A stretch of 64,000 nt of DNA from the NCBI RefSeq assembly GCF_050920415.1, contig NZ_CP169309.1; one strand, written 5' to 3'. Under the pieces are notes generated by a model. It was not told the DNA's origin. It saw nothing but the letters and a program-made list of their open reading frames with translations, and made no database searches. This DNA comes from Escherichia coli (GTDB taxonomy: Bacteria; Pseudomonadota; Gammaproteobacteria; Enterobacterales; Enterobacteriaceae). The position numbers and the translations under genes were made by a program. This document shows positions 47,410-56,053 of this stretch, piece by piece (within the stretch, counting starts at the first letter, position 1; the number at the start of each line of letters is the position of its first letter).

Positions 47410-48984
47410 ATGGCTAAAAACGCAAAAAACGAGAAACCAAAAAAGTTAGCTTATAGAATAAAAAGTATTAATATTGAAAAATTAAAAGGTATAAATAACT
47501 GCCCTATTTCCTTCCCAGCAGACAGGTCTGTAACTGCTATAATGGGAATTAATGGTTCAGGTAAATCAACAATATTGCACGCTCTATCATGTGTTTTCAA
47601 ACCCAAAGAAAAATCATCCCAAGAAAATAATAGATTTTCTGACTTCTTTACCCCTCACAATGAAAATAACTGGCAAGATAGTAAATTCTCAGTAAAATTT
47701 CGAGCGGGAGAGATAAAAAACAATGGTAATAAAGTCTTTTTTGAAGAAATAGATAATGAAGAAAAGAAAGATATTGTTTATGGCAAGGATAAAAGGTGGA
47801 AACCAGTTTACGCAAGAAGACTTGAAAGAGAATCTATATATATAGGATTACAAAATCTTGCAACGTTAGCTGACAATACAGGAGCATCAAGATACTCAGA
47901 ATATGAAAGAGTAGATATTTATGATAAAGATATAAAGAATCAAATGATATTAGCTCTGAATAAAATCTTAGATGCAGATTACAACGATTTGTTTGAATGC
48001 CGCACCATTAAGGGAAACAAAAAATTCATAGGCATGGTTAAAAACGGCATTGAGTATACAGAACATACTATGGGTGCTGGAGAAAAGAGAGTCTTTGAGA
48101 TAGTTAAAAATGTTTATAATGGAAAGTTAATGCCCAATGGTTTTCTAATCATTGATGAAATAGATGTTTTGCTACATGAAAGAGCTTTTCATGAATTAAT
48201 TAATTTTCTTATCGAAGAAAGCAAGTCTATGTGTTTTGAGGTTGTTTTCACAACACATAGAGAATCCATAATAAAGTTTAAAAATCAAATCAATATAGTA
48301 AGTATATGGAACATAGGGAATGGAATAGAGGCTTATCCCGGCGTTTCTGCGGATGCTCTTCGACAGATATCCAATGTAGAACCTGATATGGTCAATGTGT
48401 TTGTAGAAGACAACTTAGCAAAAACAGCACTAAATATTTTAGTTGAAAGTGAAGGTATGAATGAACAAGTTGATATCTCGCTTTTTGGTTCGGCTGAGAA
48501 TTCAGCTGTAATTTTGTCAGGACTTAAATTAACTGGCAAACGAATTGATACAAGCCTGGCAATTTTAGACGGTGATTACTATATTACCCTCCCTGAAAAG
48601 ACCAAAATGGTTGATAGAGTGTTATCTGGAACAGATAAAAAAGTAGAAAAAAAAGAAGTCTTATCAAGAATATTCCAATTCAATTTAGATGTGACTGACG
48701 TCAAAGGCTCTCCAGAAAAAAACCATCGTGATTGGTTTGAATCTATAGACGAAAACAATATTTCGGAAAATGATAAGACAATGTTTCTTAACCTGAAAAA
48801 ACATTCTACAAGTATTGGTGCTTTAACTGATTATCATGAATATTATCCAGAGTTAGCTCGAAGGTCAAAATTAGATAATATTGAGTACAAAGTTTTGAAT
48901 TATATTAGTAAGTATAGTAATAAATGGGATTTTTACATAAATGATATTAGAAATGAAATAAAAAAAGCAATTGCAGCGATCTAA
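47410..48984 (+). CDS. ABC-type ATPase fused to a TOPRIM-like domain; class-1 OLD-family-like nuclease, candidate anti-phage defence protein
   Basis: 524-aa ORF in AT-rich DNA. Walker A GINGSGKST (aa 46-54), signature-like MGAGEKR (221-227), Walker B FLIIDEID (245-252), H-loop TTHR (281-284), then a TOPRIM-like Glu (FVEDN, E333) and DxD (LDGDY, 387-389). Own terminator downstream. Confidence 0.6.
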   Translation: MAKNAKNEKPKKLAYRIKSINIEKLKGINNCPISFPADRSVTAIMGINGSGKSTILHALSCVFKPKEKSSQENNRFSDFFTPHNENNWQDSKFSVKFRAGEIKNNGNKVFFEEIDNEEKKDIVYGKDKRWKPVYARRLERESIYIGLQNLATLADNTGASRYSEYERVDIYDKDIKNQMILALNKILDADYNDLFECRTIKGNKKFIGMVKNGIEYTEHTMGAGEKRVFEIVKNVYNGKLMPNGFLIIDEIDVLLHERAFHELINFLIEESKSMCFEVVFTTHRESIIKFKNQINIVSIWNIGNGIEAYPGVSADALRQISNVEPDMVNVFVEDNLAKTALNILVESEGMNEQVDISLFGSAENSAVILSGLKLTGKRIDTSLAILDGDYYITLPEKTKMVDRVLSGTDKKVEKKEVLSRIFQFNLDVTDVKGSPEKNHRDWFESIDENNISENDKTMFLNLKKHSTSIGALTDYHEYYPELARRSKLDNIEYKVLNYISKYSNKWDFYINDIRNEIKKAIAAI

Positions 48985-48991
48985 ACCTCAT

Positions 48992-49021
48992 AAAAGGCGT
49001 AATTTATACGCCTTTTTTTAA
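48992..49021 (+). terminator. Rho-independent terminator after the OLD-like gene
   Basis: Hairpin AAAAGGCGTAATTTATACGCCTTTT followed by a T-run, 8 nt after the stop. Confidence 0.55.
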
Positions 49022-49181
49022 GGTTTAAATTATAGTTGCTAATTTCTACTCTTTGTTCCCTCTGTTCGTGCACGTTTCAGGTAGTAAGCTCTCCATCGAA
49101 CCATAGAGATTGAACGCTTTGATTTTTTTTTACATACTGTCTGAAGCTCATTTACTAAGTATTGATAGTCAGGATGACAAC

Positions 49182-49808
49182 ATGACCTCCTACGATGAAC
49201 TTAAAGAATGCATCCGCCTTGAAGTCATTGGCCATGACAAATCCTTTTCATGGCGTAAAGCGTTACTTCGTACCCGACGCAACCAGAAGAAGCACTTCCT
49301 GTTCTGGTGGCGTATCGCTTCATGGCTCTATGGCCAGAATAGTAAGTTCAAAAAGCGCATTGCCCGCAGAATTGAAAACCGCCTCAAGTACCTGCATAGC
49401 GTTGATATTTCGCTGTCATGCAAAATCGGCAAGGGTTTAAACATTGCTCATCTGAACGGTATTGTCATTACTGACAATTGCGTGATTGGTGATTTCGCCG
49501 ACCTGAAGCAAGGCATCACCATAGGGTTACGCACCGACAGTGCCGACGCGATGATAGTCATTGGTGATCATGTTGATATTGGCTGTAATTCGTCCATTCT
49601 GGGCGGCAAGGTTACGATCGGAAACAATGTCACCATTGGGGCGCATTCACTGGTACTTCAGAACATCCCCAGCGACACCGTTTATAAAAACAAGATCACG
49701 CCGGTGTATACATCCAAACTACCGCAGCAGGAATATCAGGAAAATCGGCCTTTTGTCACTGGCAAGGCGATAAAAGAAGCGTCCCGTTCCGCAGAAGCGG
49801 TGCTGTAA
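49182..49808 (+). CDS. Hexapeptide-repeat (left-handed beta-helix) acetyltransferase, CysE/WcaB-like
   Basis: Start MTSYDELKE preceded by AGGATG; the 232-aa track start at 49110 has no RBS. N-terminal helical region (RIASWLY...RIARRIENRLKYLHSVDI) then hexapeptide repeats IGKGLNIAH-GIVITDNCVIGD-ITIG-IVIGDHVDIG-VTIGNNVTIGAHSLVL. Confidence 0.6.
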   Translation: MTSYDELKECIRLEVIGHDKSFSWRKALLRTRRNQKKHFLFWWRIASWLYGQNSKFKKRIARRIENRLKYLHSVDISLSCKIGKGLNIAHLNGIVITDNCVIGDFADLKQGITIGLRTDSADAMIVIGDHVDIGCNSSILGGKVTIGNNVTIGAHSLVLQNIPSDTVYKNKITPVYTSKLPQQEYQENRPFVTGKAIKEASRSAEAVL

Positions 49809-50186
49809 TTTCGCTGAACAAATTTCAGTTATGAAGATTGCATAAATTTACGTGCAGCCCGCGCCAGCTCTTACAAGCGGGCTAATCTCTATAATGTCTG
49901 GCTTATCTCCCAACGATCCACGAACACCGCCTAAAATATAATTTTCCCTTTATTATCTGTGCGTTATGATTTTACACCGATCCTTAACAGATCCTCTTTA
50001 CTGAAAAAAATGAAATTTCTTTCAATCATTTCAGTTCCTGTTCTCCGCAAAGCCGCCAGTAATGGTGCGGTCTGGCGCTCTGGTTTGTAGAAAAATAAAA
50101 CTGAAAAAATTTCCAGATCCAGAAACCGCAGGCGGGTGCGGTGTAGCGCCGTTTTTGTCTGCGAAAGATTTATTTTGTCGGCGCAT

Positions 50187-50230
50187 CGCAGCGCCAGCGC
50201 AGCGCCAGCGCAGCGCCAGCGCAGCGCCAT
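50187..50230. repeat. Four tandem copies of an 11-bp unit CGCAGCGCCAG
   Basis: Direct reading: cgcagcgccag x3 then cgcagcgccat, in the non-coding gap between the acetyltransferase and the tail operon. Confidence 0.8.
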
Positions 50231-50315
50231 GCGCACGATCTTTTATGTGTGTTGCGTTGGGTTAATTTGTTGCCTGAAGTGCTGAGGGCGCGTTCTGCTG
50301 CGTCTGAGGAAGGGT

Positions 50316-50342
50316 ATGAAAAAGCCCGCATTATGCGGGCGT
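50316..50342 (-). terminator. Rho-independent terminator at the end of the tail operon
   Basis: On the minus strand, hairpin GCCCGCATAATGCGGGC followed by TTTTTC, 10 nt after the stop of the 567-aa gene. Confidence 0.5.
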
Positions 50343-50352
50343 GTTGTCATGG

Positions 50353-52056
50353 TCAGGCAATTATATTCTGGTACTTGCTCCGGGTCTGCCCTGCTTTCGT
50401 CGCCGTCTGTACGAACGCGTCAGCATTGGTTGGCGTCCCAACAGTGGGGTGTGAATGGTTCGCGCATTGCTGCGCCAGCTCTGCCAGTAAATCAATGGTA
50501 TCCAGCATCATGGTCAGGGCGTTGATACTCTCGCTGCCAATATGGACAGTTGCCCCCATGACCTGCTGACCGCCAGCGGCCACTGATTTACGCAGTGCGG
50601 CAATCTTCTCTGTCAGGCTTTCGCCAACCTCCACGGCTACAGCACCGCCCACTTTAGTGGACTGCTGTCCTGCTATGTCCGTTTCTTCGTTTCCTTCAAT
50701 ACTGGCCAGCCTGTTTCCTTTCACCGCCTGGCTATAATCACCGGCGCTTACCTGCTGGATGGCTCCGGCCAGCAGTGTGGCGGTTCCCAGTACCGTGGTT
50801 TTATCCGTGGCTTTCACCGTGGTTTCACGGCTGACCAGTTCGCGCTGTTCCGTATCGGCTTTTACGGTTCGCGCCATCGATGTTTCGCTGATGGTCTGAT
50901 CGGTCTGCCTTACCCAGTCGCCCGCCTGAGTCACCCTCTGGGATACTTCTTCCCGCTGCTGCTGCAACTGTTCACCGGGTTTAACGTCCGGCAGACTGGT
51001 GCCATCCGGTAGCGTCTGCCTGATAAAAGGTTTATCCGGTCTGCCTCCCGTGAATGCAACCTCAACCAGCGTCCCTTCTGGCGGAAACTGAAACATACCT
51101 GAATCATTCCCGGCCATTGGTACCGGCAGCGGCACCGCTGAATAAACAGGCGTCTGATTGTCCGGGTTTCCGTCTGCGTCAAGCAGCTGCACGTCCACGG
51201 CGTAACGTGGCCGGAAGGGATCGGCAAAGTTACCGCTTTTTACCGGCTCTGAATGCGCCACAACTCTGGCCATCTTTGGCAAATGAAGCCCGGATGCCAG
51301 TTCCGGGTAATGGCTTTCAATCTGCCGTTGCGCCGGTGTTTTCTGCAAAGGTTTACCCGTTGCGCGGTTTCTCGGCGTCCATGTGATCGCCATCGCGTCA
51401 TTAGTCAGGTGAACTTTAGTCACGCGTTCACCGTTCATCTCCACCCCTGGCCGCATAGTCTGGATCACTGGTAATGTCACAGAGTTACCGCCAGCAGCCC
51501 CCTGGCTGAACTCTGACGGGATTTCTACGGGGCGACCGGCAAATAATGACTTTTCTGCGCCGCCGACGTAAAGCGAACCATCAGGCAACTGGTACCAGAT
51601 GTAATCCTGGATACTGAACGCCCTTCCCAGATTGTTCAGCAACTGATAACCAGTACCGTTATGGGTAAAATGTGGGATGGGGGTATCGCTGTACTGTGCA
51701 TCAGGCACACTGACCGTGATCCCGCTGTTTTCTTCCAGCCAGCTGGCAACCTCGCGTAAAGTTGGATGTTGAAATGAGCACGGCCACATCCTTTCAAATA
51801 CACCTGCCAGCTCACGAATGAACAGACGCTGAAAACCGTTTTCAGCGGGCTGCGATCGCTCCACATACCCCGTAAACCAGCGCAAAAGCAGATCGGTATA
51901 CCCCACATCCAGCCGCACCAGTTTTCCGGTGTAATCGGTTGTTGTCTCTGCGGTGATGAAGCCCCGGCCGCAGCTGTTCAGCTCCAGTACCAGGCTGGCA
52001 TCCACCAGGTGAACTTCATCAGTTGAAAGGTAAAGGCGTTTTACTGGTTTCATCAT
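50353..52056 (-). CDS. Phage tail hub/spike-like protein (gpV/VgrG-type OB-fold candidate)
   Basis: 567-aa ORF, last gene of the tail operon; internal segment GTLVEVAFTGGRPDKPFIRQTLPDG resembles the G-x-V-x-V-x-F-x-G-D-x-D-x-P-x-I motif of gpV/gp5/VgrG spikes; Ala/Gly/Thr-rich C-terminal region. Confidence 0.4.
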   Translation of the reverse strand: MMKPVKRLYLSTDEVHLVDASLVLELNSCGRGFITAETTTDYTGKLVRLDVGYTDLLLRWFTGYVERSQPAENGFQRLFIRELAGVFERMWPCSFQHPTLREVASWLEENSGITVSVPDAQYSDTPIPHFTHNGTGYQLLNNLGRAFSIQDYIWYQLPDGSLYVGGAEKSLFAGRPVEIPSEFSQGAAGGNSVTLPVIQTMRPGVEMNGERVTKVHLTNDAMAITWTPRNRATGKPLQKTPAQRQIESHYPELASGLHLPKMARVVAHSEPVKSGNFADPFRPRYAVDVQLLDADGNPDNQTPVYSAVPLPVPMAGNDSGMFQFPPEGTLVEVAFTGGRPDKPFIRQTLPDGTSLPDVKPGEQLQQQREEVSQRVTQAGDWVRQTDQTISETSMARTVKADTEQRELVSRETTVKATDKTTVLGTATLLAGAIQQVSAGDYSQAVKGNRLASIEGNEETDIAGQQSTKVGGAVAVEVGESLTEKIAALRKSVAAGGQQVMGATVHIGSESINALTMMLDTIDLLAELAQQCANHSHPTVGTPTNADAFVQTATKAGQTRSKYQNIIA

Positions 52057-52601
52057 TAACCCAAAGCATCATTGACGGGCTTCAGCACCTTGCGTTCAAA
52101 CCACGTCAGTTTTTCTTCATCTTCTCCGGCAGACTGGCCACCGGACTGTCCCGCACTGCCGGTAGTCTGTTTTTTTGCGGTCGTCTTACCTGTTGCCCTG
52201 GCCTCTCGCTTTTCCTGCACGCTGATATGTTCCGCCAGTGTGAATGTCACCAGCCAGGCCATTTTCCCGTCCTGCTGGGGTGCATCCAGCATTCCGCTGA
52301 ACGTTGCTTCACGAAAATTAACAGCACGGGCAACTTCATGCGCCACGCGGTACTTCTGACGATTACCACTGGCATCGGTAGCACTGGCCAGCTCAAAAAT
52401 ACGCTTCAGTATTTCAGGCTGTTTAAAAGGTATTTCACCGCTGATCCGCAGTTCCTTTCCCTTTGCTCCCTGCTCTGATTTTGTTGTGGCGCTGGTCTGG
52501 CCGGACTGATCTTTATCCTGAAATTGCTGTGAAACAGTCACCCGCATGTTTTTCAGCTGGATGGCCTCGCCATTAAGCGCCAGTGTCGGGATCGAAGTCA
52601 T
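52056..52601 (-). CDS. Phage protein of unknown function within the tail operon
   Basis: 181-aa ORF translationally coupled to neighbours; no recognisable motif; Lys/Gln/Gly-rich C-terminus. Confidence 0.35.
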   Translation of the reverse strand: MTSIPTLALNGEAIQLKNMRVTVSQQFQDKDQSGQTSATTKSEQGAKGKELRISGEIPFKQPEILKRIFELASATDASGNRQKYRVAHEVARAVNFREATFSGMLDAPQQDGKMAWLVTFTLAEHISVQEKREARATGKTTAKKQTTGSAGQSGGQSAGEDEEKLTWFERKVLKPVNDALG

Positions 52602-53298
52602 GAATCATTCCCTTTATTCCATCAAGATTATCGCCAACCAGCATCATGGCAGCGGTGTAAACGGCAGACTGCTGCGGAATGTCCTTCACCAGTTCCAGTA
52701 ACGTGGTGCCGGTGTCTCCGCTGGCAGTAAAAACCCACACTCTGGCACTCTTTCCCTGTAAATCATTCAGGCCGCTGGCTACATCACTGATAAGCTGGTC
52801 ACGCAGCTGCGTGAACTCGCCCAGCTGTTTTTTCAGCCCTTCGATATCAAACCCGGCATCCGCCGCCTTTTGTGCCTGGCTGATTGCCGTAGCAGATAAA
52901 GCTGCCCTGCTGGTTGGTACAGACAGCGGAATGGACGCAGGTAACGCTGCGGCGGTTTTCGCAGGGATCTGCATCTTTTCAATAGCCAGCGCTGCGGCGG
53001 ATTGCGCCAGTCGTTTGACCTGCGTGAATGCCGGGGCGGGGAAAATCCCGACCAGGTTATTCAGGCTGGCCATAAAGTTTTCCTGTGTCTGTCCGGTGAC
53101 CATCATAATCACCACGTCCGCATTCCCCCCAGTTCCGGCCAGGCGTTCAGCAAGATAGCGAACGGCATTAACCGGGCTGAGATATGCCCCGTTCGCAGTC
53201 TGCTGTCCCAGCCCATAAATCCACGGATGCGCAGGAACGATCGAACAGTTCAGCGCAGCAACAGAATCCGTGAAGGCCAGACGTGCTTCACGCCACAT
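52573..53298 (-). CDS. Phage protein of unknown function within the tail operon
   Basis: ORF 52573-53334; start chosen at MWREARL to minimise overlap with tfa; no recognisable motif. Confidence 0.3.
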   Translation of the reverse strand: MWREARLAFTDSVAALNCSIVPAHPWIYGLGQQTANGAYLSPVNAVRYLAERLAGTGGNADVVIMMVTGQTQENFMASLNNLVGIFPAPAFTQVKRLAQSAAALAIEKMQIPAKTAAALPASIPLSVPTSRAALSATAISQAQKAADAGFDIEGLKKQLGEFTQLRDQLISDVASGLNDLQGKSARVWVFTASGDTGTTLLELVKDIPQQSAVYTAAMMLVGDNLDGIKGMIHDFDPDTGA

Positions 53299-53875
53299 TT
53301 CCAGGCACCTCCGGCCACACAATTTCCGGCGCATCTTCCGGTTGAATACGGTTCAGTAAAACGCGGTATTTTTTCCAGGCGGTAAGCAGCAGTGCTTCTT
53401 CTTCAGTCGCCATGTCTAAATCAACGGCATCCTGCAATGTGGCAATGGCGTCATTGGCCTGTTTAAGCAGTCTTTTCTTTTCGGCGTCTGCCTCGCTGAC
53501 TAATGCAATTCGCATGGCCTCCGCATCATCCACCCACGCCTTACCATTCCATTTTTGCCAGGCATTAGCCGGTGCAGACGTGGTTGTCCCTTCCGGGTAA
53601 GCGCCTGGCTCGGTGATCACCAGTTCATTACCGTTTTCTGTATCAAACACCACCTCACCACGATGATCCTCACGGGAAATCCATCTTTGCTTCTCTGAAT
53701 CAAAAATTGCCACAAACCCCGCTTTGATTACCGGTGGTTTTATTGTGGTGCAGTTAGCTGGTAGTCCGGTATGCGCAGGTATAAAAGCGTCACCCGAACC
53801 AATAAATTCATTCGTGTCGGAACGCAGGTTATAAACAGTAACTATTTGATCGGTTTCACTCATTTTAAAAGTCAT
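53288..53875 (-). CDS. Tail fiber assembly protein (Tfa family)
   Basis: 195 aa; close resemblance to recalled E. coli TfaE/TfaQ-type proteins (NEFIGSGDAFIPAHTGLPAN ... KWNGKAWV ... LLTAWKKYRVLLNRIQPEDAPEIVWPEVP). Confidence 0.8.
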   Translation of the reverse strand: MTFKMSETDQIVTVYNLRSDTNEFIGSGDAFIPAHTGLPANCTTIKPPVIKAGFVAIFDSEKQRWISREDHRGEVVFDTENGNELVITEPGAYPEGTTTSAPANAWQKWNGKAWVDDAEAMRIALVSEADAEKKRLLKQANDAIATLQDAVDLDMATEEEALLLTAWKKYRVLLNRIQPEDAPEIVWPEVPGNVA

Positions 53876-55449
53876 TATGCGAGTCTCACTATGTAGTTAA
53901 ATGCAATATTCTTAACGGTCGTTTCTGCGTTGCCCGACGCGGCGACGGTAATGGTGTGGCTATGTGCGCCAATTGCCACGGTATGAGAGTGAGCGCCAAT
54001 ACCTACGGTGTGATTATGTGCACCAATGGCTACGGTGTGCGCGTGGTTTCCCGCCGAACTGGTGGCGGCTCGCCCCTGATCGCTACGTGGTACCCCCCAG
54101 TCACTACCACCTGATTGCACGTTCCCGCCATAACCAATGGTGTGCGTATGCGCTCCCGTGGTATTTGTCGTTTTCGTGCCATAGTCAAACGTGCTCGCCG
54201 TTTTAGTACCGTAATCAAAGGACGATGTTGGTTTTGTCCCCAGATCGGTACTGGATGCACTGGCTGTGTGGTCATGAGATTTATTGCCATCATCTTCATA
54301 GGAGAGAACTGCGCGACCGTCTGGCTTTCCTTTGATTGTCTGGCGGCGCATGTCAGTAATAACACCCGATGGATACGCAGCAGCCAGCAAAGGATATGCC
54401 GCCGTATTAAAAGACTGCCCCTGCATAATTGCCCATCCAGTAGGTGGGATATCCGTTGGCCATGGAAGCGGCACACCAACCGGCAGAACATCACTGCGAC
54501 TTAAAACGGCCAGTTCACCCAGATCCAGACTTTTTCTTGCTTTTACTTTGTCGTTAACATCAGCAAGGTTTGCATCCTTACGCAAAAAATCGCTGCTGGC
54601 CTGCTGTTCTCCCAGGCTACCTTTTGGCCTTAAATCCGTGATGTTGCCATCCGCATCAATGCTGGCCACAGCAAACACATAATGCTGAACCCCGTTCTGA
54701 ACGTAATCAGCAAGATTTGCAGCCACCGTGATTTTGCTCTGCACATTCCAGACACTGGTCAGCGTCCCTGTCCAGCACACATCCAGCCAGACTTTTACCG
54801 GCTTTGTCGTTACCGTAATATTCTGATTCGCAGCCAGTGACGCACGAAGTCCAGCCACATACCCCGTGCCTTTCGTGACAAAAAACTGATTTCCGGTTTT
54901 GGCTACCAGATACCCGTTACCAAAAAACGCCGCCGCGCCATAAATATCCATATTTTCCAGGCGCTGGCGCTCATCCATTCCGGCCATACGCGCTGTAAAA
55001 TCAATCTGCCATGTTTCAGCGGGTGTATTAATCCCGGTTTCCGTTTGTGCGCCGTTGTACTCCATCAGAAACGAGCGGGTCAGCACGTTCCCCTGTTGAC
55101 CTTCTTTTGTTTTCAGTTTCTGCTGTGATGGTGCATGGACAATCATTGCCAGAGTACCGCTGGCCTTATTGAGCAGACCGATCCAGTTAAAACTGAAATC
55201 ACCCACATCTGCGCCCAGCACTACGGAATAAACCACCCCGTTTTCATTCACCACACCGGTGCGGGTAACAGATTGCCGGTGAACAATCTGTGCTGTCGGG
55301 GGCAACGCTTCATTGCGGTCAACAGGTGTATCCGGGTTTAAATCCGGCACACTGGCAAAAACAAATTCATCCAGTAGTACCGGTTCACCCGTTGCGCCCT
55401 GCTGTGCTTTCCAGTTTTCAAACGCCAGTGTGATGGCTGTCTGTGACAT
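53875..55449 (-). CDS. Side tail fiber protein
   Basis: 524 aa; C-terminal HxH repeats [49 protein letters not shown] typical of Stf-family fibers; immediately upstream of tfa. Confidence 0.8.
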   Translation of the reverse strand: MSQTAITLAFENWKAQQGATGEPVLLDEFVFASVPDLNPDTPVDRNEALPPTAQIVHRQSVTRTGVVNENGVVYSVVLGADVGDFSFNWIGLLNKASGTLAMIVHAPSQQKLKTKEGQQGNVLTRSFLMEYNGAQTETGINTPAETWQIDFTARMAGMDERQRLENMDIYGAAAFFGNGYLVAKTGNQFFVTKGTGYVAGLRASLAANQNITVTTKPVKVWLDVCWTGTLTSVWNVQSKITVAANLADYVQNGVQHYVFAVASIDADGNITDLRPKGSLGEQQASSDFLRKDANLADVNDKVKARKSLDLGELAVLSRSDVLPVGVPLPWPTDIPPTGWAIMQGQSFNTAAYPLLAAAYPSGVITDMRRQTIKGKPDGRAVLSYEDDGNKSHDHTASASSTDLGTKPTSSFDYGTKTASTFDYGTKTTNTTGAHTHTIGYGGNVQSGGSDWGVPRSDQGRAATSSAGNHAHTVAIGAHNHTVGIGAHSHTVAIGAHSHTITVAASGNAETTVKNIAFNYIVRLA

Positions 55450-55459
55450 AAAAACCTCC

Positions 55460-56053
55460 TTACAAACTCGCGCTGAATGTTGCGCTGCGGGCTTCCGTCC
55501 CTGCTAACGTCGCCGGGTAAACCACATATTCCCCCTGATCCCACCCAGCCCTGATAACCAGGCTTTCAGACGTGATCACCTCAAACTGATAACGGCGGCA
55601 TGTTCGCCCGTACTGGCGGATTATCTGGATCAGCAGCTGCGTGTTGTCTGCAATCTGGCTGTCTGTAACCCGAACCAGAATCACATCCCAGTCGATATCC
55701 GGTTGCCGTTCTAACAGCTCCACATAACCAATTCCCAGCCGTTCAAAGATATTGATAAACCCCTCTACTGAACCGGCATCCCGCGCATTCACGAAGGCAA
55801 AAGCCACGCGTTTGCGGAACAGGGTCAACGGTTCACCATCAAAGCGGGTGATATCCCGGTCATAAGCCAGCAGATTCAGTAATGCCGGTGTACACGTCAG
55901 CGGATCAAACTGGTTCATTGGCCAGGTAACCCAGCCGTAAACCTCAGCCCAGAACCGCCGCGCCGCTTTCAGCAATTTCCCCGGTTCACCTTTATTCATC
56001 CAGGAAGGCAAGACCATCCCGGCCAGCTTTTTCATGAACTCATTCATTCTCAA
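55460..56053 (-). CDS. Tail protein, YmfQ/gpI-like (DUF2313-type)
   Basis: 197 aa between the baseplate J-like gene and the fiber, as for e14 ymfQ; family assignment is from memory only. Confidence 0.55.
   Translation of the reverse strand: MRMNEFMKKLAGMVLPSWMNKGEPGKLLKAARRFWAEVYGWVTWPMNQFDPLTCTPALLNLLAYDRDITRFDGEPLTLFRKRVAFAFVNARDAGSVEGFINIFERLGIGYVELLERQPDIDWDVILVRVTDSQIADNTQLLIQIIRQYGRTCRRYQFEVITSESLVIRAGWDQGEYVVYPATLAGTEARSATFSASL

Noticed and set aside
49110-49181. Longer 232-aa start for the acetyltransferase (MNALIFFYILSEAHLL...)
   Set aside because: No Shine-Dalgarno before 49110, whereas AGGATG precedes the ATG at 49182.
50187-50230. CRISPR array
   Set aside because: Units are 11 bp and contiguous with no spacers; no cas genes in the window.
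49964-50569. ORF-track ORFs 49964-50236 (-), 50062-50265 (+), 50249-50569 (+) and 50316-50525 (+) in the cargo-island spacer
   Set aside because: No RBS; they overlap the tandem repeat, the tail-operon terminator and the 3' end of the 567-aa gene, and their translations are low-complexity (Ala/Arg/Ser-rich); treated as non-coding.
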